This document shows, piece by piece, positions 53,550 through 63,600 of a DNA stretch of 64,000 nt. The stretch's first letter is position 1. Every line of letters begins with the position of its first letter. The DNA comes from Eledone cirrhosa (lineage: Eukaryota), in contig OZ024740.1 in assembly GCA_964016885.1 (NCBI GenBank), positions 436,356,001 to 436,420,000 on the forward strand, given 5' to 3'. The translations under genes and the position numbers were made by a program. The notes under the pieces are model-generated. The model was given only the letters and a program-made list of their open reading frames with translations, searched no databases and had not been told where the DNA came from.

Positions 53550-56500
53550 TGTCATTGTCTCAGATGTGGGAGCAATGTCATAGTCTCAGATGTGGGAGCA
53601 GTGTCATTGTCTCAGATGTGTGAGCAGTGTCATTGTCTCAGATGTGAGAGCAGTGTCATTGTCGCAGATGTCAGAGCAGTGTCATTGTCTCAGATGTGAA
53701 AGCATTGTCATTGTCTCAGATGTGGGAGCAGTGTCATTGTCTCAGATGTGAGAGCAGTGTCATTGTCTCAGATGTGGGAGCAGTGTCAATGTCTCAGATG
53801 TGAGAGTAGTGTCATTGTCTCAAATGTGAGAGCAGTGTCATTGTCTCAGATGTGAGAGCAGTGTTATTGTCTCAAATGTGAGAGCAGTGTCATTGTCTCA
53901 GATGTGGGAGCAGTGTCATTGTCTCAGATGTGAGAGCAGTGTTATTGTCTCAGATGTGGGAGCAGTGTCATTGTCTCAGATGTTAGAGCAGTCACTGTCA
54001 TTGTCTCAGATGTGAGAGCAGTGTCTTTGTCTCAGATGTGAGAGCAGTGTCATTGTCTTAGATGTGGGAGCAGTGTCATTGTCTCAGATGTGAGAGCAGT
54101 GTCATTGTCTCGGATATAGAGCAGTGTTATTGTCTCAGATGTGGGAGCAGTGTCATTGTCTCAGATGTTAGAGCAGTCAGTGTCATTGTCTCAGATGTGA
54201 GAGCAGTGTCTTTGTCTCAGATGTGAGAGCAGTGTCATTGTCTTCGATGTGGGAGCAGTGTCATTGTCTCAGATTTGAGAGCAGTGTCATTGTCTCAGAT
54301 GTGGGAGCAGTGTCATTGTCTCAGATGTGGGAGCAGTGTATTGTCTCAGTTGTGAGAGCAGTGTCATAGTCTCAGATGTGGGAGCAGTGTCATTGTCTCA
54401 GATGTGAGAGCAGTGACATTGTCTCAGATGTGGGAGCAGTGTCATTGTCTCAGATGTGAGAGCAGTGTCATTGTCTCAGATGTGGGAGCAGTGACATTGT
54501 CTCAGATGTGGGAGCAGTGTCATTGTCTCAGTTGTGAGAGCAGTGTCATTGTCTCAGATGTAGGAGCAGTGTCATTGTGTCAGATGTGGGAGCAGTGTCA
54601 TTGTCTCAGATGTGAGAGCAGTGTCATTGTCTCAGATGTGAGAGCAGTGTCATTGTCTCAGATGTGGGAGCAGTGTCATAATCTCAGATGTGGGAGCAGT
54701 GTCATTGTCTCAGATGTGAGAGCAGTGTCATTGTCTCAGATGTGGGAGCAGTGTCATTGTCTCAGATGTGAGAGCAGTGTCATTGTCTCAGATGTGGGAG
54801 CAGTGTCATTGTCTCAGATGTGAGAGCAGTGTCATTGTCTCAGATGTGAGAGCAGTGTCATTGTCTCAGATGTGAGAGCAGTGTCATTGTCTCAGATGTG
54901 GGAGCAGTGTCATTGTCTCAGATGTGAGAGCAGTGTTATAGTCTCAGATGTGGGAGCAGTGTCATTGTCTCAGATGTTAGAGCATTCAGTGTCATTGTCT
55001 CAGATGTGAGAGCAGTGTCTTTGTCTCAGATGTGAGAGCAGTGTCATTGTCTCAGATGTGGGAGCAGTGTCATTGTCTCAGATGTTAGAGCAGTCAGTGT
55101 CATTGTCTCAGATGTGGGAGCAGTGTCATTGTCTTCGATGTGGGAGCAGTGTCTTTGTCTCAGATTTGAGAGCAGTGTCATTGTCTCAGATGTGGGAGCA
55201 GTGTCATTGTCTCAGATGTGGGAGCAGTGTCATTGTCTCAGATGTGGGAGCAGTGTTATTGTCTCAGTTGTGAGAGCAGTGTCATCGTCTCAGATGTGGG
55301 AGCAGTGTCATTGTCTCAGATGTAGGAGCAGTGTCATTGTCTCAGATGTGGGAGCAGTGTCATTGTCTCAGATGTGAGAGCAGTGTCATTGTCTCAGATG
55401 TGGGAGCAGTGTCATAGTCTCAGATGTGGGAGCAGTGTCATTGTCTCAGATGTGAGAGCAGTGTCATTGTCTCAGATGTGAGAGCAGTGTCATTGTCTCA
55501 GATGTGAGAGAAGTGTCATTGTCTCAGATGTGAGAGCAGTGTCATTGTCTCAAATGTGGGAGCAGTGTCATTGTCTCAGATGTGAAAGCAGTGTTATTGT
55601 CTCAGATGTGGGAGCAGTGTCATTGTCTCAGATGTTAGAGCAGTCAGTGTCATTGTCTCAGATGTGAGAGCAGTGTCATTGTCTTAGATGTGGGAGCAGT
55701 GTCTTTGTCTCAGATGTGAGAGCAGTGTCATTGTCTCAGATGTGGGAGCAATGTCATAGTCTCAGATGTGGGAGCAGTGTCATTGTCTCAGATGTGTGAG
55801 CAGTGTCATTGTCTCAGATGTGAGAGCAGTGTCATTGTCTCAGATGTCAGAGCAGTGTCATTGTCTCAGATGTGAAAGCATTGTCATTGTCTCAGATGTG
55901 GGAGCAGTGTCATTGTCTCAGATGTGAGAGCAGTGTCATTGTCTCAGATGTGGGAGCAGTGTCAATGTCTCAGATGTGAGAGTAGTGTCATTGTCTCAAA
56001 TGTGAGAGCAGTGTCATTGTCTCAGATGTGAGAGCAGTGTTATTGTCTCAAATGTGAGAGCAGTGTCATTGTCTCAGATGTGGGAGCAGTGTCATTGTCT
56101 CAGATGTGAGAGCAGTGTTATTGTCTCAGATGTGGGAGCAGTGTCATTGTCTCAGATGTTAGAGCAGTCACTGTCATTGTCTCAGATGTGAGAGCAGTGT
56201 CTTTGTCTCAGATGTGAGAGCAGTGTCATTGTCTTAGATGTGGGAGCAGTGTCATTGTCTCAGATGTGAGAGCAGTGTCATTGTCTCGGATATAGAGCAG
56301 TGTTATTGTCTCAGATGTGGGAGCAGTGTCATTGTCTCAGATGTTAGAGCAGTCAGTGTCATTGTCTCAGATGTGAGAGCAGTGTCTTTGTCTCAGATGT
56401 GAGAGCAGTGTCATTGTCTCAGATGTGGGAGCAGTGTATTGTCTCAGTTGTGAGAGCAGTGTCATAGTCTCAGATGTGGGAGCAGTGTCATTGTCTCAGA

Positions 56501-57830
56501 TGTGAGAGCAGTGACATTGTCTCAGATGTGGGAGCAGTGTCATTGTCTCAGATGTGAGAGCAGTGTCATTGTCTCAGATGTGGGAGCAGTGACATTGTCT
56601 CAGATGTGGGAGCAGTGTCATTGTCTCAGTTGTGAGAGCAGTGTCATTGTGTCAGATGTAGGAGCAGTGTCATTGTGTCAGATGTGGGAGCAGTGTCATT
56701 GTCTCAGATGTGAGAGCAGTGTCATTGTCTCAGATGTGAGAGCAGTGTCATTGTCTCAGATGTGGGAGCAGTGTCATAATCTCAGATGTGGGAGCAGTGT
56801 CATTGTCTCAGATGTGAGAGCAGTGTCATTGTCTCAGATGTGGGAGCAGTGTCATTGTCTCAGATGTGAGAGCAGTGTCATTGTCTCAGATGTGGGAGCA
56901 GTGTCATTGTCTCAGATGTGAGAGCAGTGTCATTGTCTCAGATGTGAGAGCAGTGTCATTGTCTCAGATGTGAGAGCAGTGTCATTGTCTCAGATGTGGG
57001 AGCAGTGTCATTGTCTCAGATGTGAGAGCAGTGTTATAGTCTCAGATGTGGGAGCAGTGTCATTGTCTCAGATGTTAGAGCATTCAGTGTCATTGTCTCA
57101 GATGTGAGAGCAGTGTCTTTGTCTCAGATGTGAGAGCAGTGTCATTGTCTCAGATGTGGGAGCAGTGTCATTGTCTCAGATGTTAGAGCAGTCAGTGTCA
57201 TTGTCTCAGATGTGGGAGCAGTGTCATTGTCTTCGATGTGGGAGCAGTGTCTTTGTCTCAGATTTGAGAGCAGTGTCATTGTCTCAGATGTGGGAGCAGT
57301 GTCATTGTCTCAGATGTGGGAGCAGTGTCATTGTCTCAGATGTGGGAGCAGTGTTATTGTATCAGTTGTGAGAGCAGTGTCATCGTCTCAGATGTGGGAG
57401 CAGTGTCATTGTCTCAGATGTAGGAGCAGTGTCATTGTCTCAGATGTGGGAGCACTGTCATTGTCTCAGATGTGAGAGCAGTGTCATTGTCTCAGATGTG
57501 GGAGCAGTGTCATAGTCTCAGATGTGGGAGCAGTGTCATTTTCTCAGATGTGAGAGCAGTGTCATTGTCTCAGATGTGAGAGCAGTGTCATTGTCTCAGA
57601 TGTGAGAGAAGTGTCATTGTCTCAGATGTGAGAGCAGTGTCATTGTCTCAAATGTGGGAGCAGTGTCATTGTCTCAGATGTGAAAGCAGTGTTATTGTCT
57701 CAGATGTGGGAGCAGTGTCATTGTCTCAGATGTTAGAGCAGTCAGTGTCATTGTCTCAGATGTGAGAGCAGTGTCATTGTCTTAGATGTGGGAGCAGTGT
57801 CTTTGTCTCAGATGTGAGAGCAGTGTCATT
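53550..57830. repeat. Tandem block duplication, period 2176/2098 bp
   Basis: ORF pairs 54404/56502, 55058/57156 and 55114/57212 are offset by 2098. AGCAATGTCATAG at 53571/55747 is offset by 2176 (3 monomers more). Confidence 0.85.
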
Positions 57831-60670
57831 GTCTCAGATGTGGGAGCAGTGTCATTGTCTCAGATGTTATAGCAGTCAGTGTCATTGTCTCAGATGTGAG
57901 AGCAGTGTCTTTGTCTCAGATGTGAGAGCAGTGTCATTGTCTTCGATGTGGGAGCAGTGTCATTGTCTCAGATTTGAGAGCAGTGTCATTGTCTCAGATG
58001 TGGGAGCAGTGTCATTGTCTCAGATGTGGGAGCAGTGTCATTGTCTCAGATGTGGGAGCAGTGTTATTGTCTCAGTTGTGAGAGCAGTGTCATCGTCTCA
58101 GATGTGGGAGCAGTGTCATTGTCTCAGATGTAGGAGCAGTGTCATTGTCTCAGATGTGGGAGCAGTGTCATTGTCTCAGATGTGAGAGCAGTGTCATTGT
58201 CTCAGATGTGGGAGCAGTGTCATAGTCTCAGATGTGGGAGCAGTGTCATTGTCTCAGATGTGAGAGCAGTGTCATTGTCTCAGATGTGACAGCAGTGTCA
58301 TTGTCTCAGATGTGAGAGAAGTGTCATTGTCTCAGATGTGGGAGCAGTGTCATTGTCTCAGATGTGGTAGCAGTCTCATTGTCTCAGATGTGAGAGCAGT
58401 GTCATTGTCTCAGATGTGAGAGCAGTGTCATTGTCTCAGATGTGAGAGAAGTGTCATTGTCTCAGATGTGAGAGCAGTGTCATTGTCTCACATGTGGGAG
58501 CAGTGTCATTGTCTCAGATGTGTTAGCAGTGTCATTGTCTCAGATGTTAGAGCAGTGTCGTTTTTTCAGATGTGAGAGCAGTGTCATTGTCTCAGATGTG
58601 GGAGCAGTGTCATTGTCTCAGATGTGAGACCAGTGTCATTGTCTCAGATGTGAGAGCAGTGTCATTGTCTCAGATATGGGAGCAGTGTCATTGTCTCAGA
58701 TGTGAGAGCAGTGTCATTGTCTCAAATGTGAAAACAGTATGATTGTCTCAGATGTGAGAGCAGTGTCACTGTCTCAGATGTAGGAGCAGTGTCATTGTGT
58801 CAGATGTGGGAGCAGTGTCATTGTCTCAGATGTGAGAGCAGTGTCATTGTCTCAGATGTGAGAGCAGTGTCATTGTCTCAGATGTGGGAGCAGTGTCATA
58901 ATCTCAGATGTGGGAGCAGTGTCATTGTCTCAGATGTGAGAGCAGTGTCATTGTCTCAGATGTGGGAGCAGTGTCATTGTCTCAGATGTGAGAGCAGTGT
59001 CATTGTCTCAGATGTGGGAGCAGTGTCATTGTCTCAGATGTGAGAGCAGTGTCATTGTCTCAGATGTGAGAGCAGTGTCATTGTCTCAGATGTGAGAGCA
59101 GTGTCATTGTCTCAGATGTGGGAGCAGTGTCATTCTCTCAGATGTGAGAGCAGTGTTATTGTCTCCGATGTGGGAGCAGTGTCATTGTCTCAGATGTTAG
59201 AGCATTCAGTGTCATTGTCTCAGATGTGAGAGCAGTGTCTTTGTCTCAGATGTGAGAGCAGTGTCATTGTCTCAGATGTGGGACCAGTGTCATTGTCTCA
59301 GATGTGAAAGCAGTGTTATTGTCTCAGATGTGGGAGCAGTGACATTGTCTCAGATGTTAGAGCAGTCAGTGTCATTGTCTCAGATGTGAGAGCAGTGTCA
59401 TTGTCTTAGATGTGGGAGCAGTGTCTTTGTCTCAGATGTGAGAGCAGTGTTATTGTCTCCGATGTGGGAGCAGTGTCATTGTCTCAGATGTTAGAGCATT
59501 CAGTGTCATTGTCTCAGATGTGAGAGCAGTGTCATTGTCTCAGATGTGAGAGCAGTGTCATTGTCTCAGATGTGGGAGCAGTGTCATTGTCTCAGATGTG
59601 AATGCAGTGTTATTGTCTCAGATGTGGGAGCAGTGTCATTGTCTCAGATGTTAGAGCAGTCAGTGTCATTGTCTCAGATGTGAGAGCAGTGTCATTGTCT
59701 TAGATGTGGGAGCAGTGTCTTTGTCTCAGATGTGAGAGCAGTGTCATTGTCTCAGATGTGGGAGCAGTGTCATTGTCTCAGATGTTATAGCAGTCAGTGT
59801 CATTGTCTCAGATGTGAGAGCAGTGTCTTTGTCTCAGATGTGAGAGCAGTGTCATTGTCTTCGATGTGGGAGCAGTGTCATTGTCTCAGATTTGAGAGCA
59901 GTGTCATTGTCTCAGATGTGGGAGCAGTGTCATTGTCTCAGATGTGGGAGCAGTGTCATTGTCTCAGATGTGGGAGCAGTGTTATTGTCTCAGTTGTGAG
60001 AGCAGTGTCATCGTCTCAGATGTGGGAGCAGTGTCATTGTCTCAGATGTAGGAGCAGTGTCATTGTCTCAGATGTGGGAGCAGTGTCATTGTCTCAGATG
60101 TGAGAGCAGTGTCATTGTCTCAGATGTGGGAGCAGTGTCATAGTCTCAGATGTGGGAGCAGTGTCATTGTCTCAGATGTGAGAGCAGTGTCATTGTCTCA
60201 GATGTGACAGCAGTGTCATTGTCTCAGATGTGAGAGAAGTGTCATTGTCTCAGATGTGGGAGCAGTGTCATTGTCTCAGATGTGGTAGCAGTCTCATTGT
60301 CACAGATGTGAGAGCAGTGTCATTGTCTCAGATGTGAGAGCAGTGTCATTGTCTCAGATGTGAGAGAAGTGTCATTGTCTCAGATGTGAGAGCAGTGTCA
60401 TTGTCTCACATGTGGGAGCAGTGTCATTGTCTCAGATGTGTTACCAGTGTCATTGTCTCAGATGTTAGAGCAGTGTCGTTTTTTCAGATGTGAGAGCAGT
60501 GTCATTGTCTCAGATGTGGGAGCAGTGTCATTGTCTCAGATGTGAGACCAGTGTCATTGTCTCAGATGTGAGAGCAGTGTCATTGTCTCAGATATGGGAG
60601 CGGTGTCATTGTCTCAGATGTGAGAGCAGTGTCATTGTCTCAAATGTGAAAACAGTATGATTGTCTCAGA
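57650..60670. repeat. Block duplication, offset 1918 bp (73 monomers + 5x4 bp)
   Basis: Identical ORFs at 57814 and 59732. Shared rare variants: GTTATAGCAGTCAG, GTCGTTTTTTCAG, GTGAAAACAGTATGA. Confidence 0.85.
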
Positions 60671-63600
60671 TTTGAGAGCAGTGACATTGTCTCAGATGTG
60701 GGAGCAGTGTCATTGTCTCAGATGTGGGAGCAGTGTCAATGACTCAGATCTGGGTGCAGTGTCATTGTATCAGATGTGAGAGCAGTGTCATTGTCTTAGA
60801 TGTGAGAGCAGTGTCATTGTCTCAGATGTGGGAGCAGTGTCATAGTCTCAGATGTGGGAGCAGTGTCATTGTCTCAGATGTGAGAGCAGTGTCATTGTCT
60901 CAGATGTGAGAGCAGTGTCATTGTCTCAGATGTCAGAGCAGTGTCATTGTCTCAGATGTGACAGCAGTGTCATTGTCTCAGATGTGGGAGCAGTGTCATT
61001 GTCTCAGATGTGAGAGCAGTGTCATTGTCTCAGATGTGAGAGCAGTGTCATTGTCTCAGATGTGAGAGTAGTGTCATTGAATCAGATGTGAGAGCAGTGT
61101 CATTGTCTCACATGTGAGAGCAGTGTTATTGTCTCAAATGTGAGAGCAGTGTCATTGTCTCAGATGTGGGAGCAGTGTCATTGTCTCAGATGTGAGAGCA
61201 GTGTTATTGTCTCAGATGTTGGAGCAGTGTTATTGTCTCAGATGTTAGAGCAGTCACTCTCATTGTCTCAGATGTGAGAGCAGTGTCTTTGTCTCAGATG
61301 TGAGAGCAGTGTCATTGTCTCGGATGTGAGAGCAGTGTTATTGTCTCAGATGTGGGAGCAGTGTCATTGTCTCAGATGTTAGAGCAGTCAGTGTCATTGT
61401 CTCAGATGTGAGAGCAGTGTCATTGTCTTCAATGTGGGAGCAGTGTCATTGTCTCAGATTTGAGAGCAGTGTCATTGTCTCAGATGTGAGAGCAGTGTCA
61501 TTGTCTCAGATGTAGGAGCAGTGTCATTGTGTCAGATGTGGGAGCAGTGTCATTGTCTTAGATGTGAGAGCAGTGTCATTGTCTCAGATGTGAGAGCAGT
61601 GTCATTGTCTCAGATGTGGGAGCAATGTCATAGTCTCAGATGTGTGAGCAGTGTCATTGTCTCAGATGTGAGAGACAGTGTCATTTTCTCAGATGTGAGA
61701 GCAGTGTCATTGTCTCAGATGTGAGAGCAGTGTCATTGTCTCAGATGTGGGAGCAGTGTCATTGTCTCAGATGTGAGAGCAGTGTCATTGTCTCAGATGT
61801 GGGAGCAGTGTCATTGTCTCAGATGTGAGAGCAGTGTCATTGTCTCAGATGTGAGAGCAGTGTCATTGTCTCAGATGTGAGAGCAGTGTCATTGTCTCAG
61901 ATGTGAGAGCAGTGTCATTGTCTCAGATGTGGGAGCAGTGTTATTGTCTCAGATGTGGGAGCAGTGTCATTGTCTCAGATGTTAGAGCATTCAGTGTCAT
62001 TGTCTCAGATGTGAGAGCAGTGTCTTTGTCTCAGATGTGGGAGCAGTGTCATTGTCTCAGATGTGAGAGCAGTGTTATTGTCTCAGATGTGGGAGCAGCG
62101 TCATTGTCTCAGATGTTAGAGCAGTCAGTGTCATTGTCTCAGATGTGAGAGCAGTGTCATTGTCTTAGATGTGGGAGCAGTGTTTTTTTCTCAGATGTGA
62201 GAGCAGTGTCATTGTCTTAGATGTGGGAGCAGTGTCATTGTCTCAGATGTGAGAGCAGTGTTATTGTCTCAGATGTGGGAGCAGTGTCATTGTCTCAGAT
62301 GTTAGAGCAGTCACTGTCATTGTCTCAGATGTGAGAGCAGTGTCTTTGTCTCAGATGTGAGAGCAGTGTCATTGTCTCAGATATTAGAGCAGTCAGTGTC
62401 ATTGTCTCAGATGTGAGAGCAGTGTCTTTGTCTCAGATTTGAGAGCAGTGTCATTGTCTCAGATGTGAGAGCAGTGTCATTGTCTCAGATGTAGGAGCAG
62501 TGTCATTGTGTCAGATGTGGGAGCAGTGTCATTGTCTTAGATGTGAGAGCAGTGTCATTGTCTCAGATGTGAGAGCAGTGTCATTGTCTCAGATGTCAGA
62601 GCAGTGTCATTGTCTCAGATGTGAAAGCAGTGTCATTGTCTCAGATGTGGGAGCAGTGTCATTGTCTCAGATGTGAGAGCAGTGTCATTGTCTCAGATGT
62701 GAGAGCAGTGACATTGTCTCAGATGTGAGAGTAGTGTCATTGACTCAGATGTGAGAGCAGTGTCATTGTCTCAGATGTAGGAGCAGTGTTATTGTCTCAA
62801 ATGTGAGAGCAGTGTCATTGTCTCAGATGTGAGAGCAGTGTCATTGTCTCGGATGTGAGAGCAGTGTTATAGTCTCAGATGTGGGAGCAGTGTCATTGTC
62901 TCAGATGTTAGAGCAGTCAGTGTCTTTGTCTCAGATGTGAGAGCAGTGTCATTGTCTTCGATGTGGGAGCAGTGTCATTGTCTCAGATGTGAGAGCAGTG
63001 TCATTGTGTCAGGTGTGACAGCAGTGTCATTGTCTCAGATGTGAGATAAGTGTCATTGTCTCAGATGTGGGAGCAGTGTCATTGTCTCAGATATGAGAGG
63101 AGTGTCATTGTCTCAGATTTGAGAGCAGTGTCATTGTCTCAGATGTGAGAGCAGTGTCATTGTCTCAGATGTGAGAGCAGTGTCATTGTCTCAGATGTGA
63201 GAGAAGTGTCATTGTCTCAGATGTGGGAGCAGTGTCATTGTCTCAGATGTGGTAGCAGTGTCATTGTCTCAGATGTGAGAGCAGTGTCATTGTCTCAGAT
63301 GTGAGAGCAGTGTCATTGTCTCAGATGTGAGAGAAGTGTCATTTTCTCAGATGTGGGAGCAGTGTCATTGTCTCAGATGTGAGAGCAGTGTCATTGTCTC
63401 ACATGTGGGAGCAGTGTCATTGTCTCAGATGTTAGAGCAGTGTCATTTTTTCAGATGTGAGAGCAGTGTCATTGTCTCAGATGTGGTAGCAGTGTCATTG
63501 TCTCAGATGTTAGAGCAGTGTCATTTTTTCAGATGTGAGAGCAGTGTCATTGTCTCAGATGTGGGAGCAGTGTCATTGTCTCAGATGTGAGACCAGTGTC

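Noticed and set aside
53020-53583. Longest ORF (187 aa)
   Set aside because: Explained by a local in-frame 156-bp (6-monomer) tandem duplication (TGTGAGACCA at 53071 and 53227), not by coding selection.
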